Source of the DNA: Candidatus Omnitrophota bacterium
GTDB taxonomy: Bacteria > Omnitrophota > Omnitrophia > Omnitrophales > Aquincolibacteriaceae
Reading direction: 5' to 3'
Length of the DNA stretch: 61,082 bases
Assembly (NCBI GenBank): GCA_018883425.1
Contig: VFQY01000005.1
Location: 1 to 61,082 of the forward strand
The stretch's first letter is position 1. Each line of letters starts with the position of its first letter. Shown one piece after another: positions 1 through 9,856 of this stretch. The notes below the pieces were generated by a model. That model did not search any database. It worked only from the letters and a program-made list of their open reading frames with translations, and was not told where the DNA came from. Position numbers and translations under genes: made by a program.

Positions 1-717
1 ACCCAGGACGATCATGACAAACTGCATCATCGACGTCCGCGCCTTCACCTCGTGATGCAATTCAGGGATGAGATCCGAACCCGCGATGTAAATGAAACCT
101 CCCGCCGTGATAGGAAGCAGCGCCACAGCGAAATTCTCAACAGACGCCCCGAAGGTCAAAGCAACAGCCGCTCCGAGAAGCGCAAAAAGCGCGGAGATGA
201 AATTCGCTAATAGAGCCCTGCGCACCGACATGCCGCCGTGCAGCAGCACTCCAAAGTCCCCGATCTCCTGGGGGATTTCATGCAGAAAAACGGCAAGGGT
301 CGTGGTGACCCCTATCGGAATGCTGACAGCGTAGCTGACCCCGATAATCATGCCGTCGATAAAGTTATGGACCGCGTCTCCCACCAGATTCATCGCCACG
401 ACAGGGTGCGTATGCCGTGCATCATCGCCCACGACATGGCAATGGCGCCAGCGGATCACCTTCTCCAGTATAAAAAAAAGCAGGATTCCCAGCAGGACAT
501 TCAGCGAGGTCATCATGCCATGCCCCAAATTCTCGTAGGCTTCCGGCAGAAGATGAATGAAGGTATCGCCAAAAAGGGCTCCAACGGCAAAGCTCACGAG
601 GTACAGGATGATCTTCTTGAGATGCTGCGGTTTAAGCGACAGCGTGAAGACGCCCACGAGAGATGTCAAACTTACGAGAAGCACGCTTCCAAACGTGAAG
701 AGCCAAACTTGATTCAT
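1..717 (-). CDS. ZIP-family divalent metal (Zn/Fe) transporter, C-terminus cut by the window edge
   Basis: Absent from the ORF track because it runs off the left edge. My minus-strand translation from ATG 717-715 is open to nt 1 (239 codons): MNQVWLFTFGSVLLVSLTSLVGV...LVGDAVHNFIDGMIIG...FLHEIPQEIGDFGVLL. It is multi-TM and carries the ZIP HEIPxExGDF signature. Confidence 0.8.
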   Translation of the reverse strand, partial: MNQVWLFTFGSVLLVSLTSLVGVFTLSLKPQHLKKIILYLVSFAVGALFGDTFIHLLPEAYENLGHGMMTSLNVLLGILLFFILEKVIRWRHCHVVGDDARHTHPVVAMNLVGDAVHNFIDGMIIGVSYAVSIPIGVTTTLAVFLHEIPQEIGDFGVLLHGGMSVRRALLANFISALFALLGAAVALTFGASVENFAVALLPITAGGFIYIAGSDLIPELHHEVKARTSMMQFVMIVLG

Positions 718-914
718 ACCGGATGTGGGCCGCTTTCTTTTTCGAGTTTGCTTTTTTTACAGGTTAAGAGGATGACTGCCTTGAAGCAGTTCCGGGAGTT
801 GGCTGAGAATTAAGGGTGAATTTTAGCGAAAAGCCTCTTTTTTGAATACAAAAAAAGAACCCCTCGCCTTGCGGCGCTTATGTTAGACTTTTCTCCCCCA
901 GATAGGACAACGTC

Positions 915-1556
915 ATGAGCCGGAAAAAACTGGCAAAGCTTCGCTACGATTACTCGAACACCCCGCTTGAAGAGGCGCAAGCCTCGCTTGATCCTTTTCA
1001 GCAGTTCGAAAGCTGGTTCGGACAAGCTCTGAACGCCGGCTTTGAAGTCCCGAACGCGATGGCCGTCGCAACAGCCCACCGCGGAAAACCTTCGGTCAGG
1101 ATCGTCCTTTTAAAAGACTACACACGTGAAGGGTTCGTTTTTTTTACTCATTATACAAGCGCCAAGGGCCGGGCTCTGGCGGCAAACCCGAATACGGAGA
1201 TTCTTTTTTACTGGCCCGAAATCGAACGGCAAATCCGCATTACCGGACGCACTGCCAAAATTTCAGCAGCTCAATCCACCGAGTATTTTCATTCACGCCC
1301 CCGCCAATCTCAAATCGGAGCGCTGGCCTCGGATCAAAGCCGTCCCCTTGAAAATCGGGCTACGCTCGAAACAGCCTGCGCCGCGATTGAACGTAAATTT
1401 GCGGGCAAACCGCTTCCGAGACCGGCCACTTGGGGAGGCTACATCCTGAAACCTCAGCGCTTCGAGTTTTGGCAGGGCCGTCCGAGCCGTCTGCATGACC
1501 GCTTGATTTATCTCAAGAAGGGCAGCCGATGGATCCGAGAACGCCTTTATCCCTGA
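915..1556 (+). CDS. pdxH: pyridoxamine 5'-phosphate oxidase
   Basis: 213 aa. ATG with AGGA 7 nt upstream. C-terminal FEFWQGRPSRLHDRLIY is the PNP oxidase signature, and the overall PdxH layout is present. Confidence 0.95.
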   Translation: MSRKKLAKLRYDYSNTPLEEAQASLDPFQQFESWFGQALNAGFEVPNAMAVATAHRGKPSVRIVLLKDYTREGFVFFTHYTSAKGRALAANPNTEILFYWPEIERQIRITGRTAKISAAQSTEYFHSRPRQSQIGALASDQSRPLENRATLETACAAIERKFAGKPLPRPATWGGYILKPQRFEFWQGRPSRLHDRLIYLKKGSRWIRERLYP

Positions 1557-2824
1557 GTCAGCGGCGGAACGGCTGACCTGGCGGAGGACTGAATTTCCTG
1601 GAGTTTCTCCTTGGCGATTTCACGCAGAAGAGCCGTCATGTAGCAGCCCGCGGGAAGCCGGGCCTGGAGTTCGAAGTAATCACCTTCTGCATCGGAGCCG
1701 GCATGACACGAAACGGCCTCGAGTTTAAATCTCAAGGGTCTTTGATCGCCGTCCGCTGCCAGAATCCCATCCCGTTGAAAATCGGAGCGCTGAACTCCGT
1801 GCTCCGCCAGGACTTCCTCCTCGAGCCGAGACGACTCCTTTTCTGAAAGGCGCGCCTTGCGGCCGAAAAGAGGCACCGCGGCCGAAATCTCAAAGCGGGC
1901 TGCGCGTATGTTTTCCGCCGCTTCGTCCTCAACCTTAAATAGGCCGCCCGTTTCGTGCTTCACGGCCCAATCGCCTGCCTGGACCTGATCGAACTTGGAA
2001 AGGCGCCGGGCAAGCATCTCATTGAACAGTTTAGCTTGGAATGCGGCGATGAAAAACTTCAGAATTTTCTTGTCCAAGGAGCGTACACCCCTTCTGAAAT
2101 TTCCAGGCTTGCCGTCCATCAAACGGCACAGAATCCCGCAGTAGGACATTCCCGAAGGCCAAAGAGGAGCAGCCTCGCGGTAGCGTCCCTGCATGAAAAG
2201 TTCACGGGCCTGGAGAATACGCCCGCTGTCAAAAGGCCCCGGATTCCCGGCCATGAAACAAGCTGCCCGTTCGTAATCTTCCCGCACCAGCGCACGCCCG
2301 ATCTCCCAGCCGTCACCGCGCATTCCGAACCGCTGAGATCCAAAATAGTTTGGAACGCCTCTTGCGGCCAAACGCTCGAGCCCTTGCCGTAAAACCGGGA
2401 TCAGCGCGGGATCCAGCTGGCGCAGCTTGATCACAAAATGGTTGCCTTTCAGGTGACCCACTTTAATCTTATTACGGTGCCTGGAGACACTCAAGATACG
2501 GATCGCATCATCTTCGAAACCCGAGATACGGTCAGGATCCAGATGCTCGACACTCAGCGTCTGGACCGCAACGGCCCGGGCATCTTTCATCCCGGCATAG
2601 CCGAAAAGGCTCGGGATCGTGCCGAGGCCCCGCGCGAGGCGCTGAATCGCCTCCTGCGTCGAGACGCCCGTCTTTTGAACCGTGATGTAGATGTGATCGC
2701 CTTCGCCGGAAGGCTCATACGCTGGGATCTCGGTCACTTGAAAGTCGGAAGGCAACGTGCGGATCGTCATAGGAACAGCCGGCAAATCAGCTAAGAGGCA
2801 AGGCCAAGATTGGGTCACATTCAT
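1547..2824 (-). CDS. truD: tRNA pseudouridine(13) synthase TruD
   Basis: 425 aa with GMKDARAVAVQ (catalytic Asp region), GNHFVIKLR and GVPNYFGSQRFG motifs. The 3' end overlaps convergent pdxH by 10 nt. Confidence 0.9.
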   Translation of the reverse strand: MNVTQSWPCLLADLPAVPMTIRTLPSDFQVTEIPAYEPSGEGDHIYITVQKTGVSTQEAIQRLARGLGTIPSLFGYAGMKDARAVAVQTLSVEHLDPDRISGFEDDAIRILSVSRHRNKIKVGHLKGNHFVIKLRQLDPALIPVLRQGLERLAARGVPNYFGSQRFGMRGDGWEIGRALVREDYERAACFMAGNPGPFDSGRILQARELFMQGRYREAAPLWPSGMSYCGILCRLMDGKPGNFRRGVRSLDKKILKFFIAAFQAKLFNEMLARRLSKFDQVQAGDWAVKHETGGLFKVEDEAAENIRAARFEISAAVPLFGRKARLSEKESSRLEEEVLAEHGVQRSDFQRDGILAADGDQRPLRFKLEAVSCHAGSDAEGDYFELQARLPAGCYMTALLREIAKEKLQEIQSSARSAVPPLTQG

Positions 2825-2857
2825 TCTCCTTTGAAGGTTTGCTATTATGTCTCACGA

Positions 2858-3634
2858 ATGGACGCCGAAATCAATGCCCTTGTTGACGAGCTTCGAAAAA
2901 ATCCCGGTGCTGCCGTCTTGACCGGCGCGGGAATCTCGACCGACTCCGGGATTCCTGACTACCGCTCTCAAGGGGGCCTGTGGGAGCGTTACCGCCCTGT
3001 GAGCTTCCGTGATTTTCTCAACTGCGAAGCCTCCCGGGCCGAATATTGGCGCAGAAAAAAAGAGTTTTATACGGTTCTCATCCGAGCACAGCCCAGCCCG
3101 GCCCATCTCGCTCTCACTCACCTTCAGTCGCTCGGCTATATCCGGACGGTGATCACGCAGAACATCGATGGACTGCATCAGCTCGCCGGCACGCACCATG
3201 TCCTGGAAATTCACGGCACAGCCCGCGTCATCGTTTGCCTCGGCTGCGCTCAAGAATTCGATTTTGAATCGGTACTGCCCCTTCTCCGGGACGACCGTGC
3301 GGCTCCGCGATGCCCTGACTGCGGTGACCTTCTGAAGCCGGATACGGTCTCGTTCGGTCAAGCTCTCGATCCGGAAAAGCTGCACCTGGCCGTCCGTGCC
3401 GTTCAGAGCTGCCGTCTTCTGATTTGTGCCGGGACCTCGCTTGCCGTCGAACCCGCCGCATCGTTGCCGCATTATGCCCTGCGGGCTGGTGCGCGCGTCG
3501 TCATCCTGAACCGGGACGCCACCCCTCTGGACGGACTCGCGCACAGGTTTTCGAGAGGGGAACTGAGCCCCCTTTTCAAAGCTCTGGAAGAGGCGCTGAG
3601 CCGGGCTCACAGACCTCGAAAACCCATGCTATAA
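2858..3634 (+). CDS. cobB: NAD-dependent protein deacylase, Sir2 family
   Basis: The ORF track starts at 2810, overlapping the truD start. I prefer ATG 2858 (MDAEINALV). Motifs: GAGISTDSGIPDYRS, ITQNIDGLH, catalytic EIHG, Zn ribbon CLGC...CPDC. Confidence 0.9.
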   Translation: MDAEINALVDELRKNPGAAVLTGAGISTDSGIPDYRSQGGLWERYRPVSFRDFLNCEASRAEYWRRKKEFYTVLIRAQPSPAHLALTHLQSLGYIRTVITQNIDGLHQLAGTHHVLEIHGTARVIVCLGCAQEFDFESVLPLLRDDRAAPRCPDCGDLLKPDTVSFGQALDPEKLHLAVRAVQSCRLLICAGTSLAVEPAASLPHYALRAGARVVILNRDATPLDGLAHRFSRGELSPLFKALEEALSRAHRPRKPML

Positions 3635-3642
3635 TCCCGGCC

Positions 3643-4659
3643 ATGGAAACATCCGATCTGACCTCACTGACGGAAAGTGCCCTGATGGATAAAAGAATCC
3701 GGGACATGCCTCTGTCTCTTGAAGACACCGCCCTCGAGCGTCTGATTGCCCAGCTGTACCGAGAGCTCTCCGAAAAGAATCTTCTTTTTCATCCCCCTTG
3801 TTTTCTCGCGGATGAATGGTTTTGTCCGGTCGGCGTTCCGGCCATCGGTATTCCCTTTTATCTTGCTCACCGCCGGCTCCGGAAACTCGAAAAAAAGATT
3901 ATGCTCGAGGTTGAGGGCGGCAGCCGCAGAGAATTTCTGAGGCTCATGCGCCATGAGGCGGGGCATGCTTATTCGTATGCATTCAACCTGTACAAAAAAA
4001 AGCATTGGCGCGAGCTGTTCGGCTCCGCTTCAGAAGAGTACCGGGACACTTACAGACCCCGCCCCTACAGCCGCGCCTTCGTGACGCATCTGGACAACTG
4101 GTATGCTCAAAGTCATCCGGACGAAGATTTTGCGGAAACTTTCGCGGTCTGGCTGACCCCGGGTATGGACTGGCGTAAAAAATTCCGGGGCTGGAAGGCG
4201 CTGGAAAAACTCGAGTATGTCGACGCCCTGATGAAAACGCTAGCCATGAAAAACCCTGTCTGCAAGCCGGCGTCTGATCTCAGAATTTTTGCGGGCCTGT
4301 CCATGAAATTAGGAACTTATTACAAACGCAAAAAGAAACTCTTCGAAGAAGACTATCCTGACTTTCATGATAAAAGTCTGCGGTCGCTCTTCACCTCGGT
4401 CCCCGAAGAAAGGAGCGAGTCCAAAGCCTCGCGGTATCTTCGGCGAAACCATGAAAAAATTTTAAGTCCGGTCACGCGCTGGACCCGGGAAAAACGCTAC
4501 ACGGTCGACAAGCTCATGCGCAAGCTCATCGAGCGCTGCGACGCACTCAACCTTTACGTGCGCCGGGACGATGAACAAACAGACTTTGCCGTGGCGGCCT
4601 ATATCACAACATTAATCAGCAACCATCTTTTTACGGGCAAATTCAAACGGTCTAAATGA
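3643..4659 (+). CDS. putative zinc metallopeptidase (HExxH), uncharacterised family usually found next to ATP-grasp genes
   Basis: The track ORF starts at 3424 inside the Sir2 gene. The first ATG after the Sir2 stop is 3643 (METSDLTS). HExxH lies in LMRHEAGHAYSYAF, with HPDEDFAETFAVW downstream. There is an 8-nt gap after Sir2. Confidence 0.7.
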   Translation: METSDLTSLTESALMDKRIRDMPLSLEDTALERLIAQLYRELSEKNLLFHPPCFLADEWFCPVGVPAIGIPFYLAHRRLRKLEKKIMLEVEGGSRREFLRLMRHEAGHAYSYAFNLYKKKHWRELFGSASEEYRDTYRPRPYSRAFVTHLDNWYAQSHPDEDFAETFAVWLTPGMDWRKKFRGWKALEKLEYVDALMKTLAMKNPVCKPASDLRIFAGLSMKLGTYYKRKKKLFEEDYPDFHDKSLRSLFTSVPEERSESKASRYLRRNHEKILSPVTRWTREKRYTVDKLMRKLIERCDALNLYVRRDDEQTDFAVAAYITTLISNHLFTGKFKRSK

Positions 4660-5675
4660 GCAAAACTGAACGCGTACTTCTCCTTTTCAATGCTGAATCC
4701 CCGACCGTCCTCGATCAGGACTATTCGGAGGATTTTAAAAAAAAGGACTGGCAAACCGAGGCCGACATCCTGAGGGCTTTAACGGAACTCGGTCACACCG
4801 TGTCGCTCCTTGGTCTGTTTGATGATTCCGAGATCCTCTTTCATAAAATCAAACTTTTCCAGCCGACGGTGATCTTCAACTTAGTCGAACGTTTCCGGTA
4901 TGACTCAGCTCATGACCGCGACATCGCATCCCTGCTTCAGCTCATCGGAATCCCTTTCACGGGATGCGGCGCTACAGGGATGACGCTCTGTAAAAACAAA
5001 GGTCTCTCAAAAGAGATCTTGAGTTTTCACCGCATCCGCGTGCCCGACTTCGCGATTTTCCCCAGGCGCAAGCCGATCCGCAGGCCCAAGAATCTCTCTT
5101 TTCCAATTTTTATCAAGCCTCTCAAGGAAGAGGCCTCCATGGGGATCGCTCAGGCGTCCTTTGTCGAGAACGACAGTCAGTTTTCTGAGCGCATCCGGTT
5201 TATTCACGAGACCTTAGATCAGGACTGCATTGCTGAGGAATACATCGACGGCCGTGAACTTTACATCAGTCTGCTGGGCAACAAACGTCTGGAGATTTTT
5301 CCGGTCAGAGAGATACGGTTCAACGAAGTTCCCGAGGACGAACCCAAGGTGGCAACCTATAGGGCAAAGTGGGATGAAAACTACAGAAAGAAATGGGGCA
5401 TCAAGAATCAGTTCGCGGGCCCCCTTCCCGGCGGCATTCAGGAAAAAATCGAGAAGGTTTCAAAAAAGATCTATCAGCTGCTGTCGATCCGCGGGTATGC
5501 CCGTTTGGACATGCGTCTGACTTCGGGAGGAGAATTGGTGTTCATCGAAGCCAACCCCAATCCGATGCTGGCCGCCGAGGAAGACTTCGCTCAGTCCGCA
5601 CTGAAAGCGGGCATCGACTTTCCCCAACTCGTTCAGCGGATCCTCAATCTAAGCCGGCCCGGGATCGAAGATTAA
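4656..5675 (+). CDS. ATP-grasp family ligase (D-Ala-D-Ala-ligase / RimK-like fold), substrate unknown
   Basis: 339 aa. ATGA stop/start overlap with the peptidase gene. N-terminal VLLLFN pre-ATP-grasp, PFTGCGATGMTLCKNK, and C-terminal GYARLDMRL...VFIEANPNP metal/ATP site pattern. Confidence 0.8.
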   Translation: MSKTERVLLLFNAESPTVLDQDYSEDFKKKDWQTEADILRALTELGHTVSLLGLFDDSEILFHKIKLFQPTVIFNLVERFRYDSAHDRDIASLLQLIGIPFTGCGATGMTLCKNKGLSKEILSFHRIRVPDFAIFPRRKPIRRPKNLSFPIFIKPLKEEASMGIAQASFVENDSQFSERIRFIHETLDQDCIAEEYIDGRELYISLLGNKRLEIFPVREIRFNEVPEDEPKVATYRAKWDENYRKKWGIKNQFAGPLPGGIQEKIEKVSKKIYQLLSIRGYARLDMRLTSGGELVFIEANPNPMLAAEEDFAQSALKAGIDFPQLVQRILNLSRPGIED

Positions 5676-5689
5676 TTTCCGGCATCAAA

Positions 5690-6232
5690 TCACAAACCAG
5701 CATCCCTCAGCCTCGGGTAATTTCTGTCCTTAGCTGACAGAATATAGTCTTGATCAAAACGCGGCCAATCGATACCCAAATCGGGATCACTCCAAAGAAT
5801 GCCCCGTTCGTGGACTGGCGAATAAAATTGAGTCGTCTTATAGAGGAACTCCGTATCATCCTCCAGCACGCAAAAACCGTGCGCAAAACCCGGCGGCACA
5901 TACAGCATTTTTTTATTCTGAGCGCTCAAGAGAATCGCCTGGTGCCGCCCGAAGGCCGGCGAATCCGGACGAATATCCACAGCGACATCGAAAACTGAGC
6001 CTCGGATCACGCGCACCAGCTTTCCCTGAGCCATGGGTTCGGTCTGGTAATGGAGTCCGCGCAGAACGCCTCGGGAAGACCGGCTGTGATTGTCCTGAAC
6101 GAAACGCTCTTGAATTCCTCCGAGTTTGAAGAGGTCTTCCCGGTAGGATTCGTAGAAAAAACCCCTGCTGTCTTCAAGCACCATCGGCTCAACAAGAACC
6201 AATCCCGGCAAATCAAGCGGCGTGAATTTCAT
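5690..6232 (-). CDS. rfbC: dTDP-4-dehydrorhamnose 3,5-epimerase
   Basis: 180 aa: MKFTPLDLPGLVLVEP...DSRGFFYESY...RGLHYQ...KLVRVIRGSVFDVAVDIR. This is a full-length RmlC cupin pattern. Confidence 0.92.
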   Translation of the reverse strand: MKFTPLDLPGLVLVEPMVLEDSRGFFYESYREDLFKLGGIQERFVQDNHSRSSRGVLRGLHYQTEPMAQGKLVRVIRGSVFDVAVDIRPDSPAFGRHQAILLSAQNKKMLYVPPGFAHGFCVLEDDTEFLYKTTQFYSPVHERGILWSDPDLGIDWPRFDQDYILSAKDRNYPRLRDAGL

Positions 6233-6274
6233 GATGTCCTCCGCGCCTGATTGTAGTGAATCGCCGCCCGCACT

Positions 6275-7087
6275 TCAAGACCGCCGGCTCAGGGCGCCGG
6301 CAGGGCGATCCCGCCCCGCAAGCAGATCTTCAAGACGTTTAACTCTTTCCTCCGACGGCGGATGAGAACGGAAAATGACGGGCGTCGTTTCCCGGCTAAG
6401 CATCATCAGTTTACGCATGAAACGCAGGAGTCCGTCGGGCGCATACCCCGCAGTCTGAATCAGGTAAAATCCTATATCGTCAGCTTCCCTTTCATCATCG
6501 CGTCCGTATTTACTCAGGATGCCGCCCCTGGCGAACTGCAGCGCCGCTTTTGCCGCAAGGCTGTCTTGTCCCTTCAAAAGCATGCGGGAGAGATAATCCG
6601 CACCCAGGGCCCGGGTCATGGCTTTCGCGGGGTGCCGCTCATAGGCATGTCCTATCTCATGGCCCAGAACACCAGCCAGCTCATCATCGGATGACGCGAA
6701 CGAAAGCAGCCCCGTGTGCACATAAATCGCCCCCCCTGGAATCGTAAAGGCATTGGGAGACGGATCTTCAACGACAGAAAAGCGGTACTCGAACTCTCTT
6801 TTAGGCAAGACGCGGACAAGCGACTGCCCGATTTTCCGGACGCGGGCTTGCTGCGTGAGGTCTGAAGAAATCTTCATCTGCCGGGCGATCTCGGCTTCCA
6901 TTTTTTCGCCGGCGGCTTTTTCCTCGGCTAAGGGAACGAGATTGATGTCCCGAATTAAGGGCTGAACGACAGCGCAGCCCTGAAAATGAAGCCCTAAGGC
7001 TGCCGCCGCTCCAGCGGCCCAAAGACGGCGTTTCAGCGCCTTGATGCGGAAGAGAAGCAAGGGGTGCTTTGAAGGCAGAGGGTTCAT
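6275..7087 (-). CDS. M48-family zinc metalloprotease, exported
   Basis: 270 aa. N-terminal hydrophobic signal with Cys (FQGCAV). Canonical HEIGHAYERH, plus READDIG and SHPPSEERV typical of M48/BepA-like peptidases. Confidence 0.85.
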   Translation of the reverse strand: MNPLPSKHPLLLFRIKALKRRLWAAGAAAALGLHFQGCAVVQPLIRDINLVPLAEEKAAGEKMEAEIARQMKISSDLTQQARVRKIGQSLVRVLPKREFEYRFSVVEDPSPNAFTIPGGAIYVHTGLLSFASSDDELAGVLGHEIGHAYERHPAKAMTRALGADYLSRMLLKGQDSLAAKAALQFARGGILSKYGRDDEREADDIGFYLIQTAGYAPDGLLRFMRKLMMLSRETTPVIFRSHPPSEERVKRLEDLLAGRDRPAGALSRRS

Positions 7088-7123
7088 GCCGGCGCCGTCG
7101 ATCCTGCGGTGGTTGATAAAATG

Positions 7124-7486
7124 TCAATCCGCTTGAGCAAGCCGCTCGACTTCGTCATAGAGAAGCATTAAGTCAAAAGGTTTCTGCAGAAAGGCATCCC
7201 GCCCAAGTTCTTCAGCCCTGTCGATAATCGCTTGATCGACATACCCGGTCACAACAATCACCTTCGTTCCCGGAGAGGCTGTCTTGGAATGTTTGAGAAC
7301 TTCCAGACCCGAAATATCCGGAAGTTTGATGTCCAGGATCAGCAGGTCCGGCTTAAAAGAGTCGATCATGCGGATCCCGTCGCTGCCCGAATCGGCAGTT
7401 TTAACGTCGAAACCTTCCTCTACAAAAAAACTGCTGACCTCTTCCACAATCCCCACTTCATCATCGACGATCAAAAGTTTTTTCAT
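7124..7486 (-). CDS. single-domain response regulator (CheY-like receiver)
   Basis: 120 aa with DDE acidic pocket, DLLILDIKLPDISG (phospho-Asp) and LQKPF. No output domain. Confidence 0.9.
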   Translation of the reverse strand: MKKLLIVDDEVGIVEEVSSFFVEEGFDVKTADSGSDGIRMIDSFKPDLLILDIKLPDISGLEVLKHSKTASPGTKVIVVTGYVDQAIIDRAEELGRDAFLQKPFDLMLLYDEVERLAQAD

Positions 7487-7513
7487 AGCGTTGATTCCCC
7501 CGGCCTTTCTGCG

Positions 7514-9853
7514 TTATCCCGCTGATGCCCGGCGATCGTGAGAGCCCTGCAGCATGTCATCGGCAGTTGCGGCCGGAAGTTTGATGAGAAAGGTGGCGCC
7601 TTCCCCCACTCGGCTCTCAACAGAAACTTCTCCGCCATGGAGTTCGATAATGTATTTGCACATGTATAACCCGAGCCCTGAGCCCTTGCCCGGAGCCTTC
7701 GTCGTATACCCGTAATTAAAAATCTTCTTTCTGATTTCATCCGTCATGCCCTTGCCGTTATCCTGAAAAAAGATCTGAATCATATAAGGATTCTCAGGGT
7801 CTGCCTTAGCATTAACCCGGATTTTTCGATGCTGTCTGCCTTCCATCGCATGATAGGCGTTGATGAAAAGATTGAGAAAAACCTCCTGCAGTCGTTCCAG
7901 ATCCCCGCGGACAAGCGGAAGGTTGCTGGGCACCTCGAATTCGACTTCAGTTCCAGTCAGATTATCCAGGTACGTCTGAAATTGCACGAGGGGCAGGGTT
8001 TCCTCGAGAATCAGCTTCAGAGAGAGCGGTTCAAACTTTCCTTTTTCGGATTTCTTGAGAAGCCCCGTCAGCGTATTGACGACGGCCTTGATTCTGCCGA
8101 TGTTCTGTTCCATCTTTTCAAAGGTGTCCATGATCTCGTTGACCTTCAGATCCGGGTTTTTCCGGAGCTTCAAGAGAACTCGGGAGACGTTCATGGAAAG
8201 AATCGTCAAGGGGTTGTTGACCTCGTGACCGACCGAGGCCGCGAGTCGTCCCAAGGTAGCCATTTTCTGCTCATGAATCAGCTGAGCCTGCGTGTCCTGC
8301 AGAGTTTTATTGGCAACCTCCGTCTCTTTCAGAGCTTTCATCAGCAGATTCTTGGCGTATTCCAGCTGAGAGTTGATCTCTTCAAGCTCTTTGGTTTTTC
8401 CGATGGCTTCATCATAGAGGCGAGCATTTTCAATCGCAATCGCTGATTCCTGGGCAAGCGTAAAGAGGACGTTCAGGTCTTCTTCGGTATAAAAGTCTCC
8501 GGATTTCTTTTCCCCGAGAACCAGAATGTTTCTGAGCTCGCGCCCGAGAAAACTCGGAACGCAGCAGTGCGAATCCAGCTCTGCCATGGTCTGTTTGATA
8601 GCCTGGAAGTTATATTCATGCGGATCCTGCCCCTTGACGCTCTTCTTGTTGCCTGACTCGATGTACTCCTGGATATGCTGGATTTCGGCGGCTTCCTTTT
8701 CGGTGCTCAAATAACGTATGAGCTCAGCCTTATCGCTCAATTCGTACTGGAAGCCGGAACCCGCGTATCCGCGCTGATGCGCCATCTGAAAAAAACCGGC
8801 CTCCCTGTTGAGCGTCAGAATGGCCGCGTTTTTTACTCGCATCCGAATCGTGATGAAGTGAACGACGAGAGAAAAAAGATGACGGAGATTTTCGATCTTG
8901 GAAATACCCCGAGATGCATCTTTGAGAAGTTTTTGATAGTCGTACTTTTTTTGAAAAAGGTACTTGTCGGTCAAGTTAATCAGAAAGCTGCGGATCGGAT
9001 CATATCCCAGAACGATGAGAAAAATACTGATGACGTTGACCCACAGAGCGCTAAATCCCAGATAGCGGCTGGCGACCTCTTTTAAAAGGAAGGTGGCAAC
9101 CGAAAATGCCGTGAACACGAAAGCCAGCAGTCCGGCAAAAACAAGCGTCTTGCGGACGATCACGTCAATGTCCATCAGGCGATAAACAACTATCGCGAAA
9201 CCTATGACGACGACATAAATCAGAATAGTCACATTTCCGAAGGGATAGAGCGGATAAAGCAGGAAATCATAATTGATGAGATAGTTGGTCGCGCCGCCTG
9301 AATAGCCGAGCAGCGTGGCTACAAAAAAGAACTGAAGCTGCTTTTTATTGGCACCCTCCGCTTTGATCAGGCTCGAAAAAAGTTCGAAGTATACATACAG
9401 GATGGATCCGATGAAAGTGACCATGTGAAGCGGATAAAGCAGACCCGGCTGTGTGATATAAAAGCCGAATTGCGGCCGATAGGTTACCGAGAGAAACCAA
9501 GGCGTGAAATTGAGGACAAGCAGCACACCCATAGCCGCATAAAGAAAGTAAACAACGCTCCTTCTCGCATCAAATTTCCCGATGAGAAGAAGCACAAAAT
9601 GGACGTAGACAGCAGGCAGGATCATGGCACAAACGTGAAGCAGGCGCGCCCAGGTCAGCGCCATTTCCGGTTCATGAGAAAAGACGCTCAGCGCGAGAAA
9701 AAGACTCCACAGACCGACGGTCAAAGCCCAGAAGGCATAGAGACTGTTAATGACCTTATGACGCGCTCTCGAGTACACGAAAAGGGCAAGGGCTAGGGTC
9801 GTCACGCTCGTGAAGATGGAAAGCCAAATGTAAGAATCTTTCAGCATCTGCAT
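7514..9853 (-). CDS. sensor histidine kinase: multi-TM N-terminal domain, GAF-like domain, HisKA, HATPase
   Basis: 779 aa with about 7 N-terminal TM helices. H-box SVGHEVNNPLT, N-box FLNLFINAYHAM, G1 FQDNGKGM, G2 GSGLGLYMC. Confidence 0.9.
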   Translation of the reverse strand: MQMLKDSYIWLSIFTSVTTLALALFVYSRARHKVINSLYAFWALTVGLWSLFLALSVFSHEPEMALTWARLLHVCAMILPAVYVHFVLLLIGKFDARRSVVYFLYAAMGVLLVLNFTPWFLSVTYRPQFGFYITQPGLLYPLHMVTFIGSILYVYFELFSSLIKAEGANKKQLQFFFVATLLGYSGGATNYLINYDFLLYPLYPFGNVTILIYVVVIGFAIVVYRLMDIDVIVRKTLVFAGLLAFVFTAFSVATFLLKEVASRYLGFSALWVNVISIFLIVLGYDPIRSFLINLTDKYLFQKKYDYQKLLKDASRGISKIENLRHLFSLVVHFITIRMRVKNAAILTLNREAGFFQMAHQRGYAGSGFQYELSDKAELIRYLSTEKEAAEIQHIQEYIESGNKKSVKGQDPHEYNFQAIKQTMAELDSHCCVPSFLGRELRNILVLGEKKSGDFYTEEDLNVLFTLAQESAIAIENARLYDEAIGKTKELEEINSQLEYAKNLLMKALKETEVANKTLQDTQAQLIHEQKMATLGRLAASVGHEVNNPLTILSMNVSRVLLKLRKNPDLKVNEIMDTFEKMEQNIGRIKAVVNTLTGLLKKSEKGKFEPLSLKLILEETLPLVQFQTYLDNLTGTEVEFEVPSNLPLVRGDLERLQEVFLNLFINAYHAMEGRQHRKIRVNAKADPENPYMIQIFFQDNGKGMTDEIRKKIFNYGYTTKAPGKGSGLGLYMCKYIIELHGGEVSVESRVGEGATFLIKLPAATADDMLQGSHDRRASAG

Positions 9854-9856
9854 GAT

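Noticed and set aside
238-813. 191-aa plus-strand ORF at the left edge.
   Set aside because: The opposite strand encodes a clean ZIP transporter that is open from 717 to the window edge. The plus-strand product is charged and His/Arg-rich with no TM segments.
3424-3642. N-terminal extensions of track ORFs. Examples are 3424 for the peptidase, 27044 for the MORN protein, 23172 for DUF503, 44794 for cysW, 45708 for cysT, 12819 for the FadL-like gene and 28473 for VKOR.
   Set aside because: Each extension overlaps the upstream gene and has Arg/Pro-rich non-protein-like composition. An internal ATG with a Shine-Dalgarno sequence or an ATGA coupling gives the expected family N-terminus.
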